Origin: an uncultured Pseudobdellovibrionaceae bacterium
GTDB taxonomy: Bacteria; Bdellovibrionota; FAC87; UBA2466
Assembly (NCBI GenBank): GCA_964519985.1
Contig: CAZFMF010000002.1
Span: forward strand, 71,029-135,028
DNA length: 64,000 nucleotides
Reading direction: 5' to 3'
The translations under genes were made by a program, and so were the position numbers. Under the pieces are notes generated by a model, which worked only from the letters and a program-made list of their open reading frames with translations, was not told the DNA's origin and ran no database searches. Shown piece after piece: positions 9,297-18,453 of this stretch. How positions within the stretch are numbered: the first letter of the stretch is position 1; each line of letters starts with the position of its first letter.

Positions 9297-9725
9297 CTAT
9301 TTCTTTCGCAGAAGCGGAATCGTCCTATCGACGTCCAGTGGGCGGGTAGACTTCTCGCGAGAAGCCGTTTCGGACAAGTAAAGCCGGTCCTTCTCGATCT
9401 TGAAAACGAGGTAATAGACCAAATCCTCATCGAAAAAATCCACGAAATCGAGTTCCGTCACCCCGGAGGGAAGCACGCGACCAATGGTGTAGTTATTGTC
9501 TTGATACGTCTCATTCAGCCGTCGGGCGCACTTCTCATCTTGAAATGTCCGGCCCCAGATTTCATAGGAACCATTCGCATCAAACTCCGCCTTCAGAATG
9601 AGCCAAGAATCATCCGGCCGGGCAAGGCATTCACTTTCCCATTTGCCATGCAAGGGGACTTTCGTCGCCCCATAGCTATCAACGCAAAAGAGCAAGGCGA
9701 GGAACCAGGGTCCAAAGGTGCGCAT
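9297..9725 (-). CDS. secreted hypothetical protein
   Basis: 142 aa with signal peptide MRTFGPWFLALLFCVDSYGA; no recognisable domain. Confidence 0.45.
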   Translation of the reverse strand: MRTFGPWFLALLFCVDSYGATKVPLHGKWESECLARPDDSWLILKAEFDANGSYEIWGRTFQDEKCARRLNETYQDNNYTIGRVLPSGVTELDFVDFFDEDLVYYLVFKIEKDRLYLSETASREKSTRPLDVDRTIPLLRKK

Positions 9726-9820
9726 CGAGTCTCCTCGGAATGCGTCGATGTTACCGATTCGCCGCCGTCCGGGCTAGGCGCCCTGTCCCATTCGCAGCCG
9801 TCGCGGAGCGCAACCGATAG

Positions 9821-9848
9821 AAAAAAAAAAAAAAAAAAAAAAAAAAAA
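9821..9848. repeat. 28-nt homopolymeric A tract (T28 on the minus strand)
   Basis: Read directly from the sequence; sits between the hsp20 terminator hairpin and the promoter region of the 9297..9725 gene. Confidence 0.95.
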
Positions 9849-9886
9849 CCGGAACTACCGCTTTCGCGACAGCTCCGGCCTTTTTT
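9849..9886. terminator. bidirectional rho-independent terminator
   Basis: CCGGAACTACCGC-TTTC-GCGACAGCTCCGG hairpin followed by T6 on the + strand and by the T28 run on the minus strand, just downstream of the hsp20 stop. Confidence 0.5.
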
Positions 9887-9936
9887 ACGCCGTAAGAACG
9901 GCATGTAATAGAAACGCTTCCTTTTGAAGGGACGCG

Positions 9937-10431
9937 TTAGTTCAACGGTTTCTTTCCGGTTTCCAGCAGGTGCTCGAAAACACCTCCCTTATCATCGGTT
10001 TTCACCGAGATGCTTCGAGGCTTGGCGGCTTCCGCCTTAGCCAGGGCGACACGTAAAACACCGTCCCGGTAAACCGCCTCGATTTTTTCCGGATCGACCT
10101 TTTCGCCCAATTCGAAAATGCGCTCGAACCGTCCGTAACGTCGCTCCGAAAACCGTGCACTTTCTTTATCGCCGCCCGTCTTTGACTGTTTCCGCTCGGC
10201 GGAGATGAACAGCCTTCCGGAGTTCACCTCGATCTTAATATCTTCCTTGGCCATCCCCGGCATGTCTAAAGTCACTAAGTAATGATCTTTCGTTTCGTCG
10301 ACTTCACAAGCGGGTAAGTAAGTCCTCGCGCTCTCGTCCGATTCTTGTTTCACGCCGTAAACGGGCGAAAACTCAAACCAGTCCGTCGCGGGACGCCAAG
10401 GGTTAGTCCAAAATCCTAAATTATGTCTCAT
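9937..10431 (-). CDS. Hsp20/alpha-crystallin family small heat-shock protein
   Basis: ACD-like core (YLVTLDMPGMAKEDIKIEV...GVLRVALAK); start set at MRHNLGFW with AGGAGAA 9 nt upstream. Confidence 0.88.
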   Translation of the reverse strand: MRHNLGFWTNPWRPATDWFEFSPVYGVKQESDESARTYLPACEVDETKDHYLVTLDMPGMAKEDIKIEVNSGRLFISAERKQSKTGGDKESARFSERRYGRFERIFELGEKVDPEKIEAVYRDGVLRVALAKAEAAKPRSISVKTDDKGGVFEHLLETGKKPLN

Positions 10432-10469
10432 TGAGAAATTCTCCTTTCTATTCTTTTTTCCTAAGGAGA

Positions 10470-10498
10470 AATCTGGGAATCGATTTGCCGGCGTCAAG
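10470..10498 (-). promoter_or_regulatory. possible sigma-32-type heat-shock promoter for hsp20
   Basis: Minus-strand CTTGACG-N14-CCCAGATT resembles CTTGAAA-N13-15-CCCCATNT, about 38 nt upstream of the hsp20 ATG. Confidence 0.25.
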
Positions 10499-10537
10499 TC
10501 CCCGGGCTAGCATTTTGGAAACTTTGGAGAAACGCGC

Positions 10538-11323
10538 GTGCTTAAATCCATCAGCCTCAGCTTCTTGGCCGTCAGTGCTTTGATCCTGACGTCGTGCACC
10601 AAACCCACTACCGAACAGCTTGTCGAAGCCATCAAGAAAGATCCGTCGCTGCTCGCCAATGCAATTAAGAGCGAACCGGAGAAGTTTAAAGACGCACTGA
10701 AAGTCGTCGGCGAAATGATGCAAAAGGATCGGATGCGTGAGCGGGAAGAGGCCGCTCAAAAAGAACAAGATGCCGCTTTCAGCGCCCCCCTCCAACCGGC
10801 TCTTACCGCAGCGCAAGTTTATAAGGGTGCCGAAAACGCGAAGGTGACAATCGTCGAATACACCGATTTCGAATGCCCCTACTGCTCACGCGGTGCGGAC
10901 ACCGTCGCCGAAGTGCTAAAAAAATATCCCGGCAAGGTGCGCGTCACGGTGAAGCACCTGCCCCTTCCCTTCCACAAACAGGCCATGCCGGCGGCGAAGT
11001 ATTTTGAAGCCATTCGTATCCAGAACCCGAAGGCCGCAATTCAGTTTCACGACGCTCTCTTCGCCAACCAAGAAGGCCTAAAGAAAGATGGGGAAAAATT
11101 CCTGGAAGAACAGGCCAAGAAGCTCGGCGTGAAAATCCCGCAGCTTAAGAAAGACATCGCTTCGGACGCCGTGAAAAAGAAAGTCGATGCCGACATGGAA
11201 GAAGCCGGCCGCTTCGGGATCAAAGGGACGCCGGGTTTCGTGGTGGGCGGAATTCCATTGAAGGGCGCCTACCCGGCCGAAGACTTCGCCAAGATTATCG
11301 ATCGGCTTTTGAAGAAAGGATGA
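10538..11323 (+). CDS. DsbA-family thiol:disulfide interchange lipoprotein
   Basis: Lipobox LTSC; thioredoxin-fold CPYC active site in EYTDFECPYCSRG; GTG start. Confidence 0.85.
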   Translation: MLKSISLSFLAVSALILTSCTKPTTEQLVEAIKKDPSLLANAIKSEPEKFKDALKVVGEMMQKDRMREREEAAQKEQDAAFSAPLQPALTAAQVYKGAENAKVTIVEYTDFECPYCSRGADTVAEVLKKYPGKVRVTVKHLPLPFHKQAMPAAKYFEAIRIQNPKAAIQFHDALFANQEGLKKDGEKFLEEQAKKLGVKIPQLKKDIASDAVKKKVDADMEEAGRFGIKGTPGFVVGGIPLKGAYPAEDFAKIIDRLLKKG

Positions 11324-11371
11324 GCTCGCAGCGCTTAGCGCTGCGAGATTCCTTCACTGCGTTCGGAATGA
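11324..11371. repeat. REP-like palindromic element, family A copy
   Basis: CTCGCAGCGC-TTA-GCGCTGCGAG hairpin plus CACTGCGTTCGGAATGAC; related to copies at 18370, 22125, 24481 and 60509. Confidence 0.6.
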
Positions 11372-12760
11372 CTAGAACGTCGAAACGATCTTCTTGAAGT
11401 AATCGCCGCGCTCTTCGAAGTTCTTGAACATGTCCTGGCTCGCGCAACCGGGCGAGAGCAAAATCACATCGCCCGAGCGCGACTTCTGGTAGGCCAGATA
11501 AACCGCTTCCTCGAACGTTCCGACTAAGAAGGTCTCGCTGAAATCACCGATGGCACGATTGAGCTTTTCCTTGGCCTCACCGACCAAAATCAGGTTTTTG
11601 ACGTGGCGGCGAATGGCGGGAGCGAGCGAACCGTAGTCTTCTCCCTTATCCCGTCCACCCGCGATCAAAATCACCGGCTCATTGAAGCTTTCCAAAGAAC
11701 GCAAAAGCGAGTGCACGTTGGTTCCCTTGGAATCGTTGTAAAAGAAAACCGAGTTCTTGCGGCCCACGAATTCCATACGGTGCGGAAGGGGCTTGAAACT
11801 CACCAGGGCTTTTTGGATCGCTTCATTCGAAGCGCCCGCGAGCTTGGCGGCCAACATCGCCGCCATCATGTTTTCGCGGTTGTGGATGCCGCGGAGCTGA
11901 CTTTCTTGAACCGGGAAATCGTGATCCTTCCAACGGGCCGCGCGCAAATGCATTAAATTTGGACCGGCCAGATAAGCACCCTGGAACTTCTCCGCCACCG
12001 CCGGCGGCAGCTTCGTCATCGGGTCGGAGGTGAAATGCAGCGGCTTCGCTTTCACGTTCGCCAACATCTGGTTCAGTTTCGCGTCGCGGAAGTTATAAAT
12101 CAGGTAATCCTCTTCGGTCATATTGACCGGCAACTTGGCCTTCGAAGCCGCATACTCTTCAAACGACGGATACCGATCCAGATGATCGGGCGCGACGTTC
12201 AAGATCACCGCCACATGCGGCTTAAACTGGCGAGAGGTATCGAGCTGGAAGCTGCTGATTTCGACCACCACCCAGTCGGCCTTGTCGCGTTTGAGCGGGT
12301 ATTCGGAAAGCGGAGTTCCGATATTGCCGCCCAGAAACACTTCCTTGCCCGCCGAGCGGATCATTTCGGCGATGAGTGACGCCGTCGTGCTCTTTCCGTT
12401 CGTGCCCGTCACGGCAATGATGGGCTCCGAAATATACTGCGCCGCGAGTTCCACCTCGCTAATAATTGGCACACCCGCTTTTTCGGCGTGCTGCAAAGGC
12501 TTGATGTCCAGCCGAACACCGGGGCTGACGACGATCAGATCTTGATCCGAGAAGGTTTTGAGGACGTGCTTTCCGAGTTCGGCCTTGAAGTCGTAGGATT
12601 CCAACGCTTCCAGTGCGTCCTTCAAATCCGTTTTATTCAATTCGTCGGTAACGGTAACCTTATAGCCCTTCTTACAGAGCAATTTGGTCGCCGCAACTCC
12701 GCTGCGACCGAGCCCCACTACTAGAGCTCTTTGTTTTTTCTTCACCGTCGTCTTGGCCAT
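11372..12760 (-). CDS. murD: UDP-N-acetylmuramoylalanine--D-glutamate ligase
   Basis: Mur ligase with N-terminal GLGRSG and central ATP-binding region; sits in the dcw cluster. Confidence 0.9.
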   Translation of the reverse strand: MAKTTVKKKQRALVVGLGRSGVAATKLLCKKGYKVTVTDELNKTDLKDALEALESYDFKAELGKHVLKTFSDQDLIVVSPGVRLDIKPLQHAEKAGVPIISEVELAAQYISEPIIAVTGTNGKSTTASLIAEMIRSAGKEVFLGGNIGTPLSEYPLKRDKADWVVVEISSFQLDTSRQFKPHVAVILNVAPDHLDRYPSFEEYAASKAKLPVNMTEEDYLIYNFRDAKLNQMLANVKAKPLHFTSDPMTKLPPAVAEKFQGAYLAGPNLMHLRAARWKDHDFPVQESQLRGIHNRENMMAAMLAAKLAGASNEAIQKALVSFKPLPHRMEFVGRKNSVFFYNDSKGTNVHSLLRSLESFNEPVILIAGGRDKGEDYGSLAPAIRRHVKNLILVGEAKEKLNRAIGDFSETFLVGTFEEAVYLAYQKSRSGDVILLSPGCASQDMFKNFEERGDYFKKIVSTF

Positions 12761-12790
12761 CTTCGTTCTCCCAGAACTACTTCTATTTCT

Positions 12791-13867
12791 CTACCGGAGC
12801 TTTAATGTTGCTAGCCCCAGCATTGCTAAAACCATCGACACAATCCAAAAGCGGACCGTGACTTGCGGCTCCGCCCACCCCGACAATTCGAAATGGTGAT
12901 GGATCGGTGCCATCCGAAAAACTCGTTTCTTTCGCGTCTTATAGGAAACCCGTTGTGCAATCACGGAAACAGCTTCCATCACGAAAACACCGCCCACCAG
13001 AGCCAGAACCAATTCGTTCTTGGTGATCAAGGCGACGGTGCCCAACGCGGCCCCTAAGGCCAGCGCGCCCACGTCCCCCATGAAGACTTGAGCGGGATAA
13101 GTGTTGAACCACAAAAATCCCATGCCAGCGCATACAATAGTGGAACACAGGATCGCAAGCTCTCCGGCGTCCTTTACGTACGGAATAAAGAGATATTCGG
13201 CGAGCTTCGCGTGACCGGCCAGATAGGCGAAAACGCCGAAGGTAAATGCGGTCGTAATCACCGGCCCGATCGCCAGCCCATCGAGACCGTCGGTCAAGTT
13301 CACGGAGTTAGAAGCGCCTACGATCACCAACCAACCTAAAACGATGTAAATCCAATCGAGCTCAGGAGTGAATTGCCGGAAGAAAGGGACATAAAGGTGG
13401 GTGCTCAAACCGAAATGGGCGAAAAGGAGCCAAATCACCACCAGGGCAAAGACCGTCTGGAGCAACATCTTGGCGCGTTCGGAAAGCCCCTTGGAATTGG
13501 CTTTGCTGATTTTCTGGAAGTCATCCAACCAGCCGATGAAGCCGAAGCTCACCATCACACCAATCACGGTCCAGATATAGCCATTGGTCAGGTCCGCCCA
13601 GAGGAGAGTCGAAAAGATAACGGAAGAAAGGATCAGAATTCCCCCCATCGTCGGGGTTCCTTGCTTCTTCAGATGGGTTTGGGGACCATCATCGCGAACC
13701 TGCTGTCCCAGCTGGTAGCGGCTCATCAATCGAATGAAATACGGTCCCAACGCTAACGTGAAAACCAGCGCGGTCAGACCCGCACAAAGGGATCGAAAAG
13801 TGAGGTACCGAAAAACGTTGAAAGCGTTGATATCGACGTGAAGAGGATAGAGTAAATGATAGAGCAA
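12791..13867 (-). CDS. mraY: phospho-N-acetylmuramoyl-pentapeptide-transferase
   Basis: Polytopic membrane protein matching MraY over its length. Confidence 0.93.
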   Translation of the reverse strand: MLYHLLYPLHVDINAFNVFRYLTFRSLCAGLTALVFTLALGPYFIRLMSRYQLGQQVRDDGPQTHLKKQGTPTMGGILILSSVIFSTLLWADLTNGYIWTVIGVMVSFGFIGWLDDFQKISKANSKGLSERAKMLLQTVFALVVIWLLFAHFGLSTHLYVPFFRQFTPELDWIYIVLGWLVIVGASNSVNLTDGLDGLAIGPVITTAFTFGVFAYLAGHAKLAEYLFIPYVKDAGELAILCSTIVCAGMGFLWFNTYPAQVFMGDVGALALGAALGTVALITKNELVLALVGGVFVMEAVSVIAQRVSYKTRKKRVFRMAPIHHHFELSGWAEPQVTVRFWIVSMVLAMLGLATLKLR

Positions 13868-13986
13868 TGCCTTCTTCTCCCGATGGGGGGTTTAGCCGTT
13901 TAACGCAGCGCACGGCAAGCACAAACTTATAACATGCTGAAATTATACATAAAAACGTGATTATTCGGATCGCGTTTGTGCGGGAT

Positions 13987-15390
13987 TTACGATCGAAGCC
14001 ACTGCACGACCGACTCGAGCTGGATGCCCCGCGATCCCTTAACGAGAATGATGTCGGAAGGAAGCGTGAGCGCTTTCAATCGCTCGATGGCGTGTTGGGT
14101 GTCGGGTACCGCAATGCAAGGCACCCCGGGAAGTTCCCGCTCCACCACCTGCAAGAAAGGCAAAAAGCCGTTGCCCACTCCCACCAGAAGAAAAGGAAAG
14201 CGGCGTTTTTTGTACAATTGCACGAGCGCCTGACCGGCTTCCGCGTGCAATGCGTCCGAGTACTCACCCAACTCGCGCATTTCCCCTAAAACGAAGATGC
14301 GGCGGCGGGCCGGATCTAGTTCGGCCACGCTCATCAACGAAGCAATGAGTGCGGAAGGGTTGGAGTTGTAAGATTCGTCGATGAGGGTCCGACCCTCGGC
14401 CAAGCCCACTAACTCTCCGCGCATCGACGTCGACTTCAGTAAAGGCAAGCGATCGAGAATGTCTCGTGGAGAAATGCCATTGAGCAAAGCCGCCGCCGAG
14501 GCGGCGGCAATATTCTGCGCCTGGTGCAAACCGAAGAGTTGAAATCCGAGCTTGGACCGATTGCCGCGGATTTCCATCTCAAGGTGCAGTCCACCCGACT
14601 TGGGATCCATGGTGCGACTCATCACGCGCACATCCGCTTCGGCGCCCAGGGCCGAGTAAGTCACCGTGGCCGGAGCCACCGGAAAGGCTTGTTCGTAGGC
14701 CTTCATCACCCAGGGGTCGTCCAGATTGAGTACGACTTGCGAGTCGGCGTTCTCCGCCAGGGCGTCGAAAAGTTCCTTCTTGGCTTGTTGGATTTTTTCT
14801 TGGCCACCCAGCTTGCCGACATGGGCATTGCCGATATTGGTGATAAGTCCCTGAGTCGGTTTAAAGTGGTGACAGATTTCCGCAATTTCACCCAGGGCAT
14901 TCATCCCGACTTCCAGAACCAGGTGTCGCGTATTGTCGCGCACGAGAAAGAGGGTGCGCGGCACGCCCAAAATATTGTTGAAGCTCTTTGGCGATCGAAC
15001 GGTCTTTTCGCCCAATAGGTCGGCGACCATTTCCTTGGTCGACGATTTTCCGGCGCTGCCGGTAATCGCCAAAACTGGCCCTGGAAACGCATCGCGGATC
15101 TTCTCCCCGATCGCGACCAACGCTTTTAGGCCGTCGGCCACGACCAGTTGCGGAAGCGGCACCGGCATTTTCTTTTCGACGATTGCCGCCAACGCGCCCC
15201 GCTGGGCCACTTCTTCTAAATAGGCGTGACCATCAAAACTCGGGCCCTTCAACGCCAAAAAGACTTCGCCTTTTTGGATCGTGCGCGAGTCGGTGGATAT
15301 CGACGGTATGGAGGCTTGTAGAGGAACAGTCCCTTCCCAGCGACCACCGGTCCAGCTCGGAAGCGTTTCGAGTTTGATCCACGAATACAA
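13987..15390 (-). CDS. murF: UDP-N-acetylmuramoyl-tripeptide--D-alanyl-D-alanine ligase
   Basis: MurF motifs (STDSR, GKSSTKEM); track ORF overlaps murE by ~100 nt, so the start was moved to an in-frame TTG (~15390) after GGAAAAAA. Confidence 0.85.
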   Translation of the reverse strand: MYSWIKLETLPSWTGGRWEGTVPLQASIPSISTDSRTIQKGEVFLALKGPSFDGHAYLEEVAQRGALAAIVEKKMPVPLPQLVVADGLKALVAIGEKIRDAFPGPVLAITGSAGKSSTKEMVADLLGEKTVRSPKSFNNILGVPRTLFLVRDNTRHLVLEVGMNALGEIAEICHHFKPTQGLITNIGNAHVGKLGGQEKIQQAKKELFDALAENADSQVVLNLDDPWVMKAYEQAFPVAPATVTYSALGAEADVRVMSRTMDPKSGGLHLEMEIRGNRSKLGFQLFGLHQAQNIAAASAAALLNGISPRDILDRLPLLKSTSMRGELVGLAEGRTLIDESYNSNPSALIASLMSVAELDPARRRIFVLGEMRELGEYSDALHAEAGQALVQLYKKRRFPFLLVGVGNGFLPFLQVVERELPGVPCIAVPDTQHAIERLKALTLPSDIILVKGSRGIQLESVVQWLRS

Positions 15391-15412
15391 AGGTATTTTT
15401 TCCGGCGTTCGA

Positions 15413-16879
15413 CTAGACGCCGTAATAGTCGCGAATGACGTGACGGTCGTCAAACGGAACCTTCCGCTGACCCAGGATCTGGTAATTCTCGTGGCCCTTT
15501 CCGGCCACCAAAACAAAATCGCCCGGCCGGGCCGCTTCCAATGCGAGCCGTATCGCGCGACGGCGATCTACTTCCCGATGGCGCGCAGTCTCGGTGGGAA
15601 TGCCCGCCGCGACCTCGTCCAAAATGACTTCCGGATTTTCCGTCCGGGGATTGTCGGAGGTGAGCACCAACACGTCACTCAGTGCCGCCGCGATGGCACC
15701 CATGCGCGGGCGCTTGGAGCGGTCGCGATCCCCCCCACATCCGAAAACCGTGACAATACGGCCTTCGCCCGCACCGCGCACGCGCCGCAAACTCTCCAGC
15801 ACATTGCGAAGGGCATCTTCGGTGTGGGCGTAGTCGACAAAGACATAAGGGCGGCCCGGCCCCTCCGCCACCCGTTCGAGGCGACCCGGCGCACCCAGAT
15901 CGGTGCGCAAAATTTCCGCGGCCGACTCTAAATCGCCACCCCCACAGAAATGAACGGCTAACACCCCCAAACAATTGGAGAGATTGTGCAATCCCAGTAG
16001 CGGTGAAACCAATTCCAACTCACCCTGGGGGGTCGCGACCCGGGCGCGAATCCCTTCCGCGGTGAGCGCCTTGGCCAAGACGCGAAAATCGGCGCCTTCG
16101 CCGGTAGAGTAGGTCAAGACTTCCGTTGTCGCCGCACAGAGGGACTTCAATTTCCCGTGCGCCGGATCGTCGGCGTTAAGAACGGCGAATCGGGGCCGAC
16201 TCGATTCGAACAATCGCGCTTTCGCCCTAAAGTAGTTATCCATCGTCCCGTGGTAGTCCAAGTGATCAGGCGTGAGATTGGTAAAAAGCGCGGTGTGAAA
16301 ACGGCAACCGGCGGTACGCCACTGATCGAGCGCAATCGAGGAAACTTCCATCGCGGCATGGGTCACGCCGGCCGCCCGCATCCGCGCGAAAAGCGCCTGC
16401 AGCGTTAACGCATCGGGTGTCGTCAACGGCGCCGGCTCCACCGTGTCGCCGATGCGATACTCCACCGTACCGATGATGCCCGTCGTAAGACCGGCGGCGC
16501 GGCGGATCCGATCCAAGAGAAATGTCGTGGTGGTCTTGCCATTGGTTCCGGTTACGCCGACCAACTCTAGGGCGTGCGTGGGGTGAGCGTGCCAACGCGC
16601 GGCAGCTTCGCCCAACGCTTGACGCGTGGATTCCACCCTCAGCGCTTTTGGGCACGCGGCGAATGCCGCTGGGGTTTCCACGACAACCGCGGCGGCGCCT
16701 TGGGCGAGAGCCAGACTCCAGAAATCGTGGCCGTCCGTTTGCGTCCCCTTCAGGGCAAAGAACAGTGCGCCCGGCCGCAGCGCCTGAGTGGAATGCACTA
16801 GGGCGCTAATGGGGAGGTCTTCCGTGAGGCGGGTGGCCCGCACGGTCTCCGGCGGCAAAATGGTGGAGAGCGGCTTCAA
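15413..16879 (-). CDS. murE: UDP-N-acetylmuramoyl-L-alanyl-D-glutamate--2,6-diaminopimelate ligase
   Basis: Mur ligase with GTNGKTTT P-loop and the DNPR motif. Confidence 0.92.
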   Translation of the reverse strand: MKPLSTILPPETVRATRLTEDLPISALVHSTQALRPGALFFALKGTQTDGHDFWSLALAQGAAAVVVETPAAFAACPKALRVESTRQALGEAAARWHAHPTHALELVGVTGTNGKTTTTFLLDRIRRAAGLTTGIIGTVEYRIGDTVEPAPLTTPDALTLQALFARMRAAGVTHAAMEVSSIALDQWRTAGCRFHTALFTNLTPDHLDYHGTMDNYFRAKARLFESSRPRFAVLNADDPAHGKLKSLCAATTEVLTYSTGEGADFRVLAKALTAEGIRARVATPQGELELVSPLLGLHNLSNCLGVLAVHFCGGGDLESAAEILRTDLGAPGRLERVAEGPGRPYVFVDYAHTEDALRNVLESLRRVRGAGEGRIVTVFGCGGDRDRSKRPRMGAIAAALSDVLVLTSDNPRTENPEVILDEVAAGIPTETARHREVDRRRAIRLALEAARPGDFVLVAGKGHENYQILGQRKVPFDDRHVIRDYYGV

Positions 16880-16912
16880 GCGCCCTAAACTAGACCGGAT
16901 CGGGGGAGGATT

Positions 16913-18322
16913 TCAACGCCGAGGCCTGATCGCGGCTCGCGCGGGGCGGGCGCCCACTTGAACCAGACGGAAGACATACTCAGCGGCAACATAGGTCACG
17001 GCCGAAACGGCCAAGGAAAACAGATAAGGCGCATCTAACCCGTAGTGCTCGCCTAAGGGGAGCGAGACGAGACCGACCGCCAAAGCGGTGTGGGCGGAAG
17101 CCACGCCGCCAAACTGCGAAAAAAGTGCGAAGCAAGTAATTACCACCAGGCCCGAGCTGCCCCACGAAGACGCGGTTTTTACCAGCTCATAGATCCCACC
17201 TCCGTACATCGCCATCAGGTAGGCCACCAAGCCGCAAATCAAGACGACGGCGCGGGCCACGCGGACCTTGCCGCGATCCGAAATATTTGGGTGCACGACG
17301 AAAAGAATATTGTGGGAGAACAGCGCCGAAACCGCCAGCAAAGCGCTATCCACCGTCGACAAAATCGCCGAGATCAACGCACCCGCAAAAATCACGTAAA
17401 GAAACGTGGGTAGGTAATGGTGAGCCAAAGTCGGTAGTAACTGTTCGGGGTCGGTAAGGTTGGGCACGACCGCCGGCCCCACCAGCCCAAGAAAAACGGG
17501 CATCAAACCCACGCCAAAATAGATGAAAGCCGCAAGCAGGGTCGCGTTCTTGGCCACTTTGGCGGAACGAGAGGACAGAGAACGCGACACGAGTTCTTGC
17601 GCTACGAGCGAACCGAAGAGGGGTATCGCCAAACTATCGAATCGGGCCCAAAGACTCTCACCCCCCGCGCGAAAAAGGGACAATCGTTCGGGCGTAATGG
17701 CGATGGGGAGATTTCCGATACCGCCCAAACTAAGCGTAATAGCGACCACCAAGACGGCCATGCCCACGATCAGGCAAATCCCGTGGACTAAATCGTTTAC
17801 GCAATCGGCCATCATTCCGCCGACCGCGGTGTAAACGATCACGATGCCGGTAGCGACGGTGATCGCCACCTGGACTTCCATCCCCGACGAGGCCGAAAGG
17901 ATTTGGCCAAAGGCCCGAACCTGCGCCGCCGCCCACATCACCGAAGTGGGGATCATCAGCATCACGGCAAAGCGCTCCACCCCTTCCGAGTAACGCTGGT
18001 GAAAAAGGTCTCCGAGCGTGACGTAGTTGCGGTCCCAAAGACGGGCCGCGAAAACCAAACCGAAGATCAAAAGGCATCCGGCGTACCCAAAGGGATCCGA
18101 GCGCCCTCCGGACAACCCTTCCCGGAAAACGAGACCGGAAGTGCCCATACAGGTTTCAGCGCCGAACCAAGTCGCAAAGGTGGAAAATGTTGCCAGAAGC
18201 GGGCCGAGACTTCGGCCGGCCAGGAAGTAATCTTTTTCGGATGAGACTTTCTTGAGCAGTAGACTTGCAACTACTAGCTGAAGGACGACGTAAAGAAGTA
18301 TCCCCCAAATCTCGATCGACAC
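16913..18322 (-). CDS. sodium:solute symporter family transporter
   Basis: 469-aa polytopic membrane protein with an SSS-family N-terminus (YFLAGRSLGPLLATFSTFATWFGAETCMG). Confidence 0.8.
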   Translation of the reverse strand: MSIEIWGILLYVVLQLVVASLLLKKVSSEKDYFLAGRSLGPLLATFSTFATWFGAETCMGTSGLVFREGLSGGRSDPFGYAGCLLIFGLVFAARLWDRNYVTLGDLFHQRYSEGVERFAVMLMIPTSVMWAAAQVRAFGQILSASSGMEVQVAITVATGIVIVYTAVGGMMADCVNDLVHGICLIVGMAVLVVAITLSLGGIGNLPIAITPERLSLFRAGGESLWARFDSLAIPLFGSLVAQELVSRSLSSRSAKVAKNATLLAAFIYFGVGLMPVFLGLVGPAVVPNLTDPEQLLPTLAHHYLPTFLYVIFAGALISAILSTVDSALLAVSALFSHNILFVVHPNISDRGKVRVARAVVLICGLVAYLMAMYGGGIYELVKTASSWGSSGLVVITCFALFSQFGGVASAHTALAVGLVSLPLGEHYGLDAPYLFSLAVSAVTYVAAEYVFRLVQVGARPARAAIRPRR

Positions 18323-18369
18323 TCGAAGTTCGTACCGTCAAGCGGAGGCTCTGTATAGCGGAAAAAAAA

Positions 18370-18453
18370 CTGTCGTTGCGAGGGCCCGAAAGGGACCGCG
18401 GCAACCTCGCAGCGCGCGCTGCGGGATTGCTTTACTGCGTTCGCAATGACGGA
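18370..18453. repeat. REP-like palindromic element, family A copy
   Basis: GTCGTTGCGAGGGCCCGAAAGGGACC...CCTCGCAGCGCGCGCTGCGGGATTGCTTTACTGCGTTCGCAATGACGG; the 3' half is near-identical to the 11324 copy. Confidence 0.65.
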
